Program-made: the position numbers and the translations under genes
Source: Candidatus Binatia bacterium
Lineage (GTDB): Bacteria; Desulfobacterota; Binatia; HRBIN30
Reading direction: 5' to 3'
DNA: 64,000 nucleotides
Assembly: GCA_026004215.1 (NCBI GenBank)
Contig: BPIR01000002.1
Coordinates: 1,115,031 to 1,179,030, forward strand
The notes under the pieces: model-generated
The model's database searches: none
The model's input: only the letters and a program-made list of their open reading frames with translations
Told to the model about the DNA's origin: nothing
In this document: piece after piece, positions 28,837 to 39,975 of the stretch
How the letters are laid out: each line of letters begins with the position of its first letter
Position numbering within the stretch: position 1 is the stretch's first letter

Positions 28837-29468
28837 ACAGCGCATCCCACCGGCCCAAGCTGGTGCTGGCGACCGCCAACCCCGGTAAAGTGAAAGAGCT
28901 CCGCGAGCTCCTCGCCCCCGCCGGAGTCGAGTGCATTTCGCTCGAGGGGCTCCACGGGGTTCCGGTAGTGGAGGAAACCGGGCGCACCTACGAGGAAAAT
29001 GCCGCTTTGAAGGCCCGTGCCATCGCGGCGTGGGCTGGGCTTGCTGCTCTTGCCGACGACTCGGGGCTGGAGGTAGATGCCTTGGAGGGCGCACCTGGCG
29101 TGGATTCTGCGTACTATGCCGGCAGGCCTGCCGACGACGCAGCCAATGTGGCCAAACTTTTGCGCGCCCTCGAAGGGGTGCCGCCCGAACGCCGTCAGGC
29201 ACGTTTCCGCTGTGTTCTGGTCGTTGTCCGGCCTGATGGAAAGGTGCTCGCGAGCGAAGGGATTTGCGAGGGCCGGATTGCTCTGGCCCCGCGCGGCCAA
29301 CAGGGGTTCGGCTACGATCCGATTTTCATTCCGGAAGGGAGCGACAAAACCTTTGCCGAGCTCGGTCCCGAATTCAAACGACACTACTCCCATCGCGCGC
29401 GCGCCGCACGCAAGCTGCGGGAGCGTTTGCGCAATTTTCTTACCGAACAATGCGTAACTGCCGATTGA
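28833..29468 (+). CDS. rdgB: Non-canonical purine NTP pyrophosphatase (RdgB/HAM1 family).
   Basis: The sequence [15 protein letters not shown]...FGYDPIF is present. The start overlaps the rph stop (ATGA). Confidence 0.85.
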   Translation: MNSASHRPKLVLATANPGKVKELRELLAPAGVECISLEGLHGVPVVEETGRTYEENAALKARAIAAWAGLAALADDSGLEVDALEGAPGVDSAYYAGRPADDAANVAKLLRALEGVPPERRQARFRCVLVVVRPDGKVLASEGICEGRIALAPRGQQGFGYDPIFIPEGSDKTFAELGPEFKRHYSHRARAARKLRERLRNFLTEQCVTAD

Positions 29469-29630
29469 AGAAAAAGGCTCGTTCCTCGAACTTCGCAACC
29501 AAGTAAGCGGTGCGCCTGGCGCCACTGGGCGAGAACGCGGAGCATGACGGGCGCGCACACTTACGTTGATTTGTCGTGGGGGCTCTGTTAGCCAAGCCGA
29601 GCCAGCGATGGCGGCGAGGAAGGAAGGTGG

Positions 29631-29704
29631 CGGGGTGTAGCGCAGCCTGGTAGCGCACCTGCCTTGGGCGCAGGGAGTCGGAGGTTCAAATCCTCTCACC
29701 CCGA
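29631..29704 (+). tRNA. tRNA-Pro (anticodon TGG).
   Basis: A manually folded cloverleaf gives acceptor CGGGGTG/CACCCCG, anticodon loop CTTGGGC and T-loop TTCAAAT. No CCA is encoded. Confidence 0.75.
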
Positions 29705-29746
29705 TTGATCTTCAACGAACAAAACCATTGTCAGCAACGCGTACGG

Positions 29747-29820
<74 letters not shown>

Positions 29821-29903
29821 CTATCCGAAGTTCCCGCCCTGGGCTTGCGAGCGGCGTAGGCTTTGCGTATCCGTGTCATCCCGTCAGAACGGCGCGACCT
29901 TGC

Positions 29904-29977
29904 GGTGAGTGTAGCTCAACTGGCAGAGCACCGGACTGTGGCTCCGGGGGTTGAGGGTTCGAGCCCCTTCACTCACC
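29904..29977 (+). tRNA. tRNA-His (anticodon GTG) with an encoded G-1.
   Basis: An extra 5' G pairs with the C73 discriminator. The acceptor is GTGAGTG/CACTCAC and the anticodon loop CTGTGGC. Confidence 0.75.
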
Positions 29978-29981
29978 CATA

Positions 29982-30089
29982 TCGCATCCGGCACCACCTT
30001 GCCACTAATCCCCTGCGCTGGCACCTCGACCGCGAAAACCCTGCCCGAAGCGGCACGAATCCCGCTGGAGGAGGAATGGTTCGGGGTAA
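29982..30089 (+). pseudogene. 3'-terminal fragment of a Y1 transposase (last ~35 codons: ...ATNPLRWHLDRENPARSGTNP...WFG) abutting tRNA-His.
   Basis: It aligns to the C-terminal tails of copies A and B and has no N-terminal part. Confidence 0.55.
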
Positions 30090-30237
30090 CAAGGCGTTCT
30101 GTGTCGCGTTGACCCTCGCGCCGTGGACGACGTGGTGTTTGATGTCTTGGGTTTGACGGCAGGGGAGCGGGAGGCGGTGTACGAGGCGGTAATTGAGCTG
30201 TGCGTGCGCGGCTGGAGAAGGCAAGGAGTGTATAGCC

Positions 30238-30919
<682 letters not shown>

Positions 30920-31056
30920 GTGTCGCGTGACCCTCGCGCCGTGGACGACGTGGTGTTTGATGTCTTGGGTTTGACGGCCGGGGAGCGGAAGGCGGTGTAC
31001 GAGGCGGTAATTGAGCTCGTCCGCGCGCGGCTGGAGAAGGCAAGGAGTGTATAGCC

Positions 31057-31753
<697 letters not shown>

Positions 31754-31815
31754 ACGTAGCAGCAAATATTGCGCCCGTGCCGGTGTGGGTGCGAAGCGAT
31801 GCCGGGCGGGGTCGC

Positions 31816-31956
31816 CGAACAGCGTTGGTTCGACATCCCAATTCATTTCCCGCACGTGGTATTGGGCGCGTTGGTGGTGATGCCCAATCATGTCCATGGC
31901 ATTATCGTTCTTGTCGGGCCGGATGATGTAGGGGCGGGTTCGAAACCCGCCCCTAC
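31816..31956 (+). pseudogene. Third, more divergent Y1 transposase fragment. It contains only the HuH region (WFDIPIHFPHVVLGALVVMPNHVHGIIVLV) and ends in a REP-like palindrome at 31928..31956.
   Basis: The fragment is homologous to residues ~55-100 of copies A and B. Its palindrome, GTAGGGGCGGGTTCGAAACCCGCCCCTAC, sits at the same position after HuH. The fragment is open in-frame into the downstream moxR ORF. Confidence 0.5.
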
Positions 31957-31999
31957 CGCGGGTTGCACGGCCGGTGGCCTACCGATACCAAAAGGGCTC

Positions 32000-32881
32000 A
32001 TGTCGCAGGACAACGGCTTCAGGAAATTCCAAGGAACCGCAGGATACGTCGCCTCGCCCGCTTTGGTGGAGGCTGTCAACTGTGCCATCGCCCTCGAGCG
32101 CCCGCTGCTGATCAAGGGCGAACCGGGCACGGGCAAAACGGTGCTGGCGCGGCACGTCGCCGAAGGGCTCGGCCTCAAAATGCTGTCGTGGCACATCAAG
32201 TCCACCAGCAAAGCCGCCGAGGGTCTCTACGTGTACGACACAGTGCAGCGCCTTAATGACAGCCGCTTTGGAACCGGCGACGTCTCCGACATTCGCCGCT
32301 ACATCAAACTCGGCCCTCTCGGGCAAGCATTTGCCTCGCCAGAACGGGTGGTTCTTCTCATTGACGAAATCGACAAGGCCGACCTCGAATTCCCGAACGA
32401 CTTGCTGCGCGAGCTCGACGAAATGCGCTTCACCATCATCGAAACAGGCGAAGAAATCGTCGCGCGCCACCGCCCGATCGTCATTATTACCTCGAACAAC
32501 GAAAAGGAGCTGCCCGACGCTTTTCTGCGCCGCTGTATCTTCTACTACATCGAGTTCCCCGACCCTGCGCTCATGCGGCGCATCGTGGCGGTACACCACC
32601 CTCACCTGGATGCCAAGCTCCTCGACCAAGTCCTCATCAAATTTTACTGGCTGCGAGAACAGCGCGAGCTGCGCAAAAAACCTTCCACGTCGGAACTCAT
32701 CGACTGGATCGCGGCCCTGGTGCGCGCCGGCGTGAGCTTGGAGAAAATCGAGCAGCACATTCCTTTCGTGGGGGCGCTTCTCAAGAAGGAACAAGACGTG
32801 GACGCTTTGCAGCGTTACGACGCTGCGGGAGGACGTTTCCCCAAGTCGTGGGCGGAGCTCGGCCCGCGATACAATCAATGA
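32000..32881 (+). CDS. MoxR-family AAA+ ATPase (CoxD-like).
   Basis: Walker A (LLIKGEPGTGKT) and Walker B (VLLIDEIDKA) motifs are present in a protein of about 293 aa. The start is placed at the ATG at 32000. The upstream in-frame extension is a transposase fragment. Confidence 0.8.
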   Translation: MSQDNGFRKFQGTAGYVASPALVEAVNCAIALERPLLIKGEPGTGKTVLARHVAEGLGLKMLSWHIKSTSKAAEGLYVYDTVQRLNDSRFGTGDVSDIRRYIKLGPLGQAFASPERVVLLIDEIDKADLEFPNDLLRELDEMRFTIIETGEEIVARHRPIVIITSNNEKELPDAFLRRCIFYYIEFPDPALMRRIVAVHHPHLDAKLLDQVLIKFYWLREQRELRKKPSTSELIDWIAALVRAGVSLEKIEQHIPFVGALLKKEQDVDALQRYDAAGGRFPKSWAELGPRYNQ

Positions 32882-32900
32882 GCGAGGCGCCGAGGGGCAG

Positions 32901-34106
32901 ATGTTCCTCGATTTGTTCTACGGGCTCCGCGAAGAAGGTGTTCCCGTCGGCATCCAGGAATGGATGACGTTTCTGGAGGCCCTGGAAAAAGGCCTGCACG
33001 GCTCGAGCTTGCTGGGATTTTATCAGCTCGGACGAGCTTGCCTGATCAAGAGCGAGACCTACTTCGATGCTTACGATCGCGTGTTTGCGCGTGTGTTCCG
33101 CGGTGTCGAAGGCTCATTTGGCGACGAGGTCGTAGAAAAAGTGCTGCAGTGGCTCCGCGATCCGAAGAACTTCCCCAACCTTACGCCGGAGCAGCTCGCG
33201 CAACTCGAGCGCCTGAGCCACGACGAGCTCATGCGGCGCTTTCTGGAAACGCTGGAGAAACAAACGGAACGCCACGATGGGGGCGACCGTTGGATCGGCA
33301 CGGGGGGACGTTCGCCATTTGGTCACTCCGGACAGCACCCCACCGGAATCCGCGTGGGCGGCCCGCCGCGCAGCCGCTCTGCCATGAAGGTGGCGGAAGA
33401 GCGGCGCTTTCGTGACTATCGCACCGATGTGAGCTTGGACGTGCGGCAGATCCGCGTGGCTTTACGGCGGCTGCGCCACTTGACCCGCACGGGCGAGGCC
33501 ACCGAGCTAGATCTGGATCGCACGGTAGACGAAACGTGCCGCAACGCAGGTGAAATCGAGCTGGTGTTCCGCCCGCCCCGGCGAAACGACGTGCGGCTGC
33601 TGCTTCTCATGGATGTCGGCGGTACGATGGATCCCTACTTCGAGCCGGTGAGCCAATTGCTGACGGCGCTACATGAAGAGCGGGGTTTGCGAGCCTTCGA
33701 GGCGTACTACTTCCACAACTGCATTTACGATCACGTGTACAGCCGTGCCCGCATGTTTCGCAGCGATGCCGTGCCCACGGGCGATTTGTTGCGCCGCTTG
33801 GACTCGCGATGGAAAGTGCTGATCGTCGGAGATGCATCCATGCATCCTGCAGAGCTCCTCGAGCCGTTCGGCAACATCGATCCCCGGCGAGTCTCGGCAA
33901 CTCCAGGGATTGTCTGGCTGCAACGGATTGCCGCGCATTTCGAGCGCAGCGTGTGGGTGAACCCGGAGAAACCGCCGTATTGGGATGCCGACACCTGCCG
34001 GATCATTCGCAAGCTGTTTCCGATGTTTTATCTGAGCGTTGACGGACTCACTGAAGCCGTGCAAGCTTTGGTCGGCGCGCGGCCGGCGGCAACCGGCCAC
34101 GCTTGA
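32901..34106 (+). CDS. VWA-domain protein, CoxE-like.
   Basis: A MoxR partner-type VWA domain (LLLMDVGGTMDP ... MIDAS-like DxS/T) lies immediately downstream of the MoxR ATPase. Confidence 0.75.
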   Translation: MFLDLFYGLREEGVPVGIQEWMTFLEALEKGLHGSSLLGFYQLGRACLIKSETYFDAYDRVFARVFRGVEGSFGDEVVEKVLQWLRDPKNFPNLTPEQLAQLERLSHDELMRRFLETLEKQTERHDGGDRWIGTGGRSPFGHSGQHPTGIRVGGPPRSRSAMKVAEERRFRDYRTDVSLDVRQIRVALRRLRHLTRTGEATELDLDRTVDETCRNAGEIELVFRPPRRNDVRLLLLMDVGGTMDPYFEPVSQLLTALHEERGLRAFEAYYFHNCIYDHVYSRARMFRSDAVPTGDLLRRLDSRWKVLIVGDASMHPAELLEPFGNIDPRRVSATPGIVWLQRIAAHFERSVWVNPEKPPYWDADTCRIIRKLFPMFYLSVDGLTEAVQALVGARPAATGHA

Positions 34107-34141
34107 GTTTCCGGCCGACGTTCGTAAACGGAGGTGGTGCC

Positions 34142-34768
34142 ATGAAACTGTGGAGCGAAAGTTTTACCGATGGCGGACGCATTCCCGAGCGTTGCGCGTT
34201 CGGAAGGTACAACCCGCAAACGCACGTCGAGTTGAGCGACAACAAAAATCCCCACCTGGCATGGTCCGGTCTGCCCGCGGGTACAAAATCGCTGGTGCTC
34301 CTCTGTCACGACTCCGATGTGCCCAGCCGCGCTGACGACGTGAACAAGGAGGGCGCGGCCGTTCCGGCATCGCTCCCGCGGGTGGACTTTTTCCACTGGG
34401 TGTTAGTGGACCTGGATCCGAGCATCACGGAAATTGCCGAAGGCGAATTCTCCAACGGCATCGTGCCCCACGGCAAGCCCGGGCCGGAAGGGCCACGCGG
34501 CACGCGCCAGGGGATCAACGATTACACAAACTGGTTTGCCAACGACCCGCAAATGGCGGGTGACTATTATGGTTACGACGGTCCCTGCCCGCCGTGGAAC
34601 GACGAAATCGTTCACCACTACCACTTCACCTTGTATGCCACCGACTTCGACCGCTTCCCTCTGAGCGGCAAGTTTACCGGCGGGGATGTACTGCGCGCCT
34701 TGCAAGGTCATGTGCTCGCCCAAGCGCGCATCACCGGCACATACGCGATCAACCCGAATGCGCGCTGA
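34142..34768 (+). CDS. YbhB/YbcL-family PEBP (Raf-kinase-inhibitor-like) protein.
   Basis: The sequence SLVLLCHDSDVPS...FFHWVLVDLD...GPCPPWNDEIVHHYHFTLYA is typical of bacterial PEBP. A GGAGGTG RBS precedes it. Confidence 0.75.
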   Translation: MKLWSESFTDGGRIPERCAFGRYNPQTHVELSDNKNPHLAWSGLPAGTKSLVLLCHDSDVPSRADDVNKEGAAVPASLPRVDFFHWVLVDLDPSITEIAEGEFSNGIVPHGKPGPEGPRGTRQGINDYTNWFANDPQMAGDYYGYDGPCPPWNDEIVHHYHFTLYATDFDRFPLSGKFTGGDVLRALQGHVLAQARITGTYAINPNAR

Positions 34769-34795
34769 GGCAAGCGGCGCCGCGAGGTCGTTACC

Positions 34796-37700
34796 TTAGG
34801 CAGGAGTTGCCTGGGTCTTTACGCCGAACCACAAGGCGTACAAGGCCGGAAGCAACAACAGCGTAATGACCGTACCCGCAGTCACTCCGCCCATTAGCGC
34901 AATCGCCATGGGCCCCCAAAACGTGTCGGTCGCAAGCGGTACGAATGCGAGCACAGCGGCGGCGGCGGTGAGAACGACGGGCCGCGCGCGCCGGACTGTC
35001 GCTTCTACAATTGCGGCACGGGGAGCCATGCCGGCATCGAGGTTGTCGTCCACCTGCTTGGCCAAAATGAGGGTGTTGCGCATGAGAATCCCGGCCAAGC
35101 CAATCAGCCCTAACATGGCCACGAAACCGAGCGGCTTTTGCGCCAGCAGGAGCGCCGGTACGGCCCCGGCAATCCCTAGGGGAGCGGTAGCCACAACCAG
35201 GAACGTCCCGCGAAACGTCCGCATTTGCAACATGATGACCAAGAGCATCAAGAGCACCATGATCGGTTGCACGGCCCGGATCGAGCGTTCACCCTTTTGA
35301 GACTGCTCGACCGTGCCGCTGATTTCCACGTGGTACCCGATCGGTAAACGGGCGCGCAGAGGGCCGAGATCGTTCCAGATCTGCCAAGTTACGTCGGCGG
35401 CTTGAGCGCCCGCAACTTCGGCATTGACGGCGATGAACGGCTGGCGATTGTAACGCTTCAACACCGGATCCTCGAATTCCAGCTCTAGGGTGCCGACCTG
35501 TTCGAGCGCAACGGAACGACCGTCGAGAGTTTTCAACTCCACCCCGTCCAGTGCGCTCTTGCCTTCACCCCGGATGTACAAAGGCACTCCACGAATATCC
35601 TCGCGCAGCTCCGTGGTCGGCACCCCGCCGAACTGGAACTGAAGCTGTTGTGCGAGTTCCCGAGGGGTCAGGCCGATGGCGCGCAATCGCTCGCGGTCGA
35701 TGCGCCAGCGCAACACCGGTACTCGCTCCTGCCACTCGAGATGCGCATCCACCGTGTAGGGGTTGCGCGCCACGACGTCGCGAACCTCGCGCGCGAGACG
35801 TCGCAGCTCCAGGACGTCGGGACCCAGCACGCGAAAACTCACCGGCCATTGCACCGGCGGACCGTACAGTAGCGTGTGGGCGCGCACCCGTGCCTCGGGA
35901 AACTCGCCGCGTGCTACCGCCTCGCGAATGGCGGCGAGAACAGCCTCCCGCTCACGGGCGGAAGCGGTTACCGCCACAATTTTAGCGAAGGAGGAGCTCG
36001 GCATTTCCGGATTGAGGGAAATAAAAAACCGCGGGGCGCCTGCGCCGACGTAGGCCGACAATGTGCGTACCTCGGGGCGCTCTCGCAAAAAGTTTTCCAT
36101 GCGGCGCGCCACCTGGTCGGTCACTTCGATGCTCGTGCCCTGCGGCAAATAGAGATCCACAATGACCTCGCCCCGATCCGATTGCGGAAAGAATTGCCGC
36201 GGAACAGCAACTCCCATGACCACGATACTCAGCGCCAAAATAGCCCCACTGACCAGCGCGACACGCAGCCGGTGCTGCACACACCACTCGATCGCACCCC
36301 GCAAGCGCTGGTAGGCAGGAGTGGCATACAGCGAGTCTTCGGTGGTGTGGTGCACTCGATAATCGGGCAACAGGGTTACCCCGAGGTACGGCGTGAACAC
36401 GACGGCCACCAGCCAAGAGACCAGGAGAGCGTACGCCAGCACCCAAAACATGTTGCCCGCATATTCACCGACACCGGAACGCGCGAACCCAATCGGCAAA
36501 AATCCGAGTGCGGTGACGACCGTGCCGGTAAGCATGGGGGCCGCCGTTACATTCCACGCGTGTGCGGCAGCCGCCGCTCTTTCCCAACCTTCTTCCAGTT
36601 TCACGATCATCATCTCGATCGCAATAATCGCATCGTCCACGAGAAGCCCGAGTGCCACGATCAAGGCTCCGAGCGAAATGCGATCGAGGTTGATGCCGGT
36701 CATGCGCATGAGCAAAAAAGTGATGCCCAAGGTGAGGGGCACGGCAATGCCCACCACGATGCCGGCGCGAAAGCCGAGAGCGAGCAAGCTCACCAACATG
36801 ACCACGCCCACGGCAATGAAAAACTTTACTTCGAACAGTTCGACGGCGGCGGAAATGGCGTGCGCTTGGTTGGTGACCTCATCCAAGTGCAAGCCCAACG
36901 GCAGCAACTCGCGCTGGTGCGCCAAGAATTCATTGAGCCGGGCACCCAGCTCCAAACCGTTTTCCCCCTTGCGCATGATCACGCCCAACAAGACGGCGTC
37001 CTGGCCGAAGGCGCGCACCAGGTAAGTGGGCGGGTCCTCGTATCCACGATACACCTCGGCAATTTCTCCGAGGGTCACAACGCGGCCTCCGATCCGCAGG
37101 GGCACTGCCCGGATGGCGTCCAGGTCGGCAAGGTCGGCATCCACGCGCAGGAACAAACGCGGCCCTTGCCCCTCGAAAAGCCCAGCCGGCAACAAGCGAT
37201 TGTAGGCGTCTAGAGCGTCCCAAACCTGGAGTCCGGAAAGGCCCATTTGGGCCAGGCGCGCGTTGTCGAAGCGAACGAAGACCCGCTCCGGGCGCTCGCC
37301 AATGACGTGAACTTCCTGGACGCCGGGAATGGCGTTCAGCCGGTCGCGGATTTTCTCCGCCTCGCGGACCAATTGCCGCGGAGCGAGCCCGGGGGCGGTC
37401 AACGAGTACAAGGCGAAGTACACGTCCGAAAAATCATCGTTCACGAAAGGGCCGAGCACCCCGGGCGGCAAGCGGGGTGCTTCGTCGAGCATGCGCTTGC
37501 GAACCTCGTAAAACAGGTCTGGTACTTTGTTCGCGGGAGTGTAGTCGTGGAACTCGACCACCATGTCCACCCGGCCCGCTCGTGCCGTGGTTTCGACGCG
37601 GTAAAAATACTCCACTTCCTGAATCCGTTTTTCCAAACGGTCGGCGACGAGCTCTTGCATTTGCCGGGCCGTGGCTCCCGGCCACACGGCGGACACCACC

Positions 37701-37849
37701 AAGGCCCGCACTGTGAACGCCGGATCCTCTGCGCGGCCGAGCGACCAGAAAGCCATGGCTCCAGCAGCGCCAACCAGCAAAAGCAAGAACAACGTCACGG
37801 AGCGCTCGCGTACCGCCAGCGCGGAAAGGTTGAAGCCTCCCACCGTCAT
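34796..37849 (-). CDS. RND efflux transporter permease (HAE1/AcrB-like).
   Basis: The protein has about 1017 aa and 12 TM segments in the RND architecture. The ATG at 37849 overlaps the upstream adaptor stop (ATGA). Confidence 0.85.
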   Translation of the reverse strand: MTVGGFNLSALAVRERSVTLFLLLLVGAAGAMAFWSLGRAEDPAFTVRALVVSAVWPGATARQMQELVADRLEKRIQEVEYFYRVETTARAGRVDMVVEFHDYTPANKVPDLFYEVRKRMLDEAPRLPPGVLGPFVNDDFSDVYFALYSLTAPGLAPRQLVREAEKIRDRLNAIPGVQEVHVIGERPERVFVRFDNARLAQMGLSGLQVWDALDAYNRLLPAGLFEGQGPRLFLRVDADLADLDAIRAVPLRIGGRVVTLGEIAEVYRGYEDPPTYLVRAFGQDAVLLGVIMRKGENGLELGARLNEFLAHQRELLPLGLHLDEVTNQAHAISAAVELFEVKFFIAVGVVMLVSLLALGFRAGIVVGIAVPLTLGITFLLMRMTGINLDRISLGALIVALGLLVDDAIIAIEMMIVKLEEGWERAAAAAHAWNVTAAPMLTGTVVTALGFLPIGFARSGVGEYAGNMFWVLAYALLVSWLVAVVFTPYLGVTLLPDYRVHHTTEDSLYATPAYQRLRGAIEWCVQHRLRVALVSGAILALSIVVMGVAVPRQFFPQSDRGEVIVDLYLPQGTSIEVTDQVARRMENFLRERPEVRTLSAYVGAGAPRFFISLNPEMPSSSFAKIVAVTASAREREAVLAAIREAVARGEFPEARVRAHTLLYGPPVQWPVSFRVLGPDVLELRRLAREVRDVVARNPYTVDAHLEWQERVPVLRWRIDRERLRAIGLTPRELAQQLQFQFGGVPTTELREDIRGVPLYIRGEGKSALDGVELKTLDGRSVALEQVGTLELEFEDPVLKRYNRQPFIAVNAEVAGAQAADVTWQIWNDLGPLRARLPIGYHVEISGTVEQSQKGERSIRAVQPIMVLLMLLVIMLQMRTFRGTFLVVATAPLGIAGAVPALLLAQKPLGFVAMLGLIGLAGILMRNTLILAKQVDDNLDAGMAPRAAIVEATVRRARPVVLTAAAAVLAFVPLATDTFWGPMAIALMGGVTAGTVITLLLLPALYALWFGVKTQATPA

Positions 37850-38925
37850 GGTGCTACCCGTACGGTTTGCCCGGGTTGCAAGAGATGCACGCCCAAGGCC
37901 ACGACCGCTGCGTCGGCGGGCAGGTCCCCCGCGATCAACGCCGTGTCGCCATCGACCGAACGTACGCGCACCGGTACGAGCTCCACGTGCTGGTCGCGCA
38001 CCAACCAAACGTGTGCGCCCTCACCGTTCTCGTAAACGGCCGAGGCGGGCACCCGCTGGAGGCGCTGGCCGTCTTCTTCGAACACGAGCCGCACGGTCAC
38101 CCCGAGCGGCAAGTTTGCGGTGTCGCCTTCCAGCGCAAAGCGCGCGCGCCAGGTGCGCGCAATCGGATCGGCACTGCCCGCGATTTCCCGCAACTGTGCC
38201 TGCCACTCCCGCGCATCGCCCCACACCCAAGCCGTGGCTCGGGTAGGCGGCTTTGCCTGCCGGCTCTCGGGCAAAAACACCTCGGCCTCGCGCGGCCCGT
38301 CGAGAGCAACGAACGCCACCACCTGCCCCGGCGCCACCACTTGCCCGGCCTCGGCCTGAACCTCGGCGACAATGCCGTCCGTGGGTGCCGTCAAGCGCGT
38401 GTAATCCAGCAGGTTTCGTGCTTGTGCGAGTTGCGATTCCGCAGCGCGCACGCGCTCGCGTGCGGCTGTGGCTGCCGTAGCGGCCATTTCGTACGCTTGC
38501 TCGGCGACGATTTTCTGCTCCCTGAGGCTGGCTGCCCGCAGGCGCTCTCGTTCCGCCTGCTCGGCTTCGGCCCGTGCGGCGGCAAGCTGCGCCTCGGCGG
38601 CTCGAACGGCTTGCTGGGGATCCTGATCGTCCAAAACAAACAGCAACTGCCCGGCTGCAACCCGCTCGCCCGCTTGCACGAAACGCTGGCGGATTTGCCC
38701 CCCGATGCGGAAAGCTACTGGAGTTTCGTGGCGGGCACGAATCGTACCCGAGAGACTCCAGGTGCGTCCGGTTGCGGGTTCCACCTTCACGGTGCGCACC
38801 AAAGGCGGCAATTCGCGCGTTGCCGGGTCTGGCTTCCGCGTGCATCCGATGGACAAAATCACCCCGCACATTGCCACGGCCGAGCAGATGTGCGACCAAG
38901 CGTTTGCTCTTCGATTGCAGTACAT
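37846..38925 (-). CDS. RND efflux periplasmic adaptor (membrane fusion protein), lipoprotein.
   Basis: The signal peptide ends in ILSIGC. A coiled-coil hairpin (AAARAEAEQAERERLRAAS...) and beta-barrel/MP domains follow. Confidence 0.75.
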   Translation of the reverse strand: MYCNRRANAWSHICSAVAMCGVILSIGCTRKPDPATRELPPLVRTVKVEPATGRTWSLSGTIRARHETPVAFRIGGQIRQRFVQAGERVAAGQLLFVLDDQDPQQAVRAAEAQLAAARAEAEQAERERLRAASLREQKIVAEQAYEMAATAATAARERVRAAESQLAQARNLLDYTRLTAPTDGIVAEVQAEAGQVVAPGQVVAFVALDGPREAEVFLPESRQAKPPTRATAWVWGDAREWQAQLREIAGSADPIARTWRARFALEGDTANLPLGVTVRLVFEEDGQRLQRVPASAVYENGEGAHVWLVRDQHVELVPVRVRSVDGDTALIAGDLPADAAVVALGVHLLQPGQTVRVAP

Positions 38926-38964
38926 GGGCGCAGCACAGATTATGTGAACGGAGCCGTTCAGTAA

Positions 38965-39636
38965 ATGGGCGAGAGACGAGATCGCCACCGGAGCTCCAAG
39001 AGGCCACAGGGCGCGACCCAGCGGGCGCGGGGGCGGCCACGCGACCCGCAGAAACGCGAGGCCATCGTTCGAGCGGCGGAGCGACTTTTGTTCGCCGCGG
39101 ATCCGCAGTTGTTGCGAATGGAGCGCATTGCCCAGGAAGCCGGGGTTTCCAAGGCAACGCTCTATGCGTATTTTCCCAACCTGAATGCAGTGCTGAGAGC
39201 GGTGATTCAGAACCATCGCGCAACGATGACTGCAGCTTTGGACCGCTCCCCCCGGCACACCGCCGACGTGCGCGCCGCCCTGGTGGAGTTCGGTGACGCG
39301 TTGTTGGACTTTATCACCGGGAAAGAGGCCCTAGCGGTGCAGCGCATGCTGGCAGCCGACCCGGTTTTGCGGCGGCGGGTCGGTTCGCTGATTTATCGCG
39401 AGGGTCCGGCGGCGATGCGCAGCAAAGTGGCCCAGTGGATCGATCTCGCGCGGATTCGGGGCGATTTGCGGATCGGCGATCCCGAACGGGCGGCGGAGCA
39501 ACTGCTCGGAATGTGGCAGGGCACGCTGACGGTTGCGCTGCTCATGGGAGCACGACCCCGCCCGAGCGCGGCAGAGCGCCGGCGCATCGTGCGCGAGGCC
39601 GTGGACGTGTGGTTGCGAGCCCACGCCCCAGTTTAG
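38965..39636 (+). CDS. TetR/AcrR-family transcriptional regulator, divergent from the RND operon.
   Basis: The N-terminal HTH reads REAIVRAAERLLF...ERIAQEAGVSKATLYAYFPN. Confidence 0.75.
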   Translation: MGERRDRHRSSKRPQGATQRARGRPRDPQKREAIVRAAERLLFAADPQLLRMERIAQEAGVSKATLYAYFPNLNAVLRAVIQNHRATMTAALDRSPRHTADVRAALVEFGDALLDFITGKEALAVQRMLAADPVLRRRVGSLIYREGPAAMRSKVAQWIDLARIRGDLRIGDPERAAEQLLGMWQGTLTVALLMGARPRPSAAERRRIVREAVDVWLRAHAPV

Positions 39637-39902
39637 TCGGACTCCACCCTTCGTCCTGCCGAGCGCGCGGAAACGCAACGGGGCCTGGCGCGCCGTAGAG
39701 CCCGTGCGCGAGCCGCGTTCACACGGCAGGCCCGCCGCTTGGTCCGTTGACGTTGCCCCGGTGCACGGCGCGCGGGGAGCCGGGCGTGCGACCAGGGTTG
39801 GCCCGCGGCTGGGGATGGCACAAATCCGGCGGATACGGCAGCAGGAGGATGCGCGGGCGGGACGCTAGGACTCACTCTCCGGTTTCCAGTGCCAAGGCGA
39901 GC

Positions 39903-39935
39903 CTTGCGGTAGTCGGGGGCCTCAGCTCCCCGACT
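39903..39935. terminator. GC-rich hairpin (GGTAGTCGGGG-N9-CCCCGACTACC) between convergent TetR and CocE genes.
   Basis: An 11-bp perfect stem was read directly. There is no clear U-tract. Confidence 0.3.
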
Positions 39936-39975
39936 ACCGGGCCGATAGTACCCCCGCGGTTGTCCGCAGCGGCGT

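Noticed and set aside
29863-30156. ORF reading through tRNA-His into the transposase tail.
   Set aside because: It spans a tRNA gene. Only the part from about 29982 is a transposase remnant, and the rest is artefact.
35551-38964. Numerous 100-450-aa ORFs antisense to or overlapping the RND and adaptor genes.
   Set aside because: These are typical high-GC antisense open frames with Arg/Pro/Ala-rich low-complexity translations and no motifs or RBSs.
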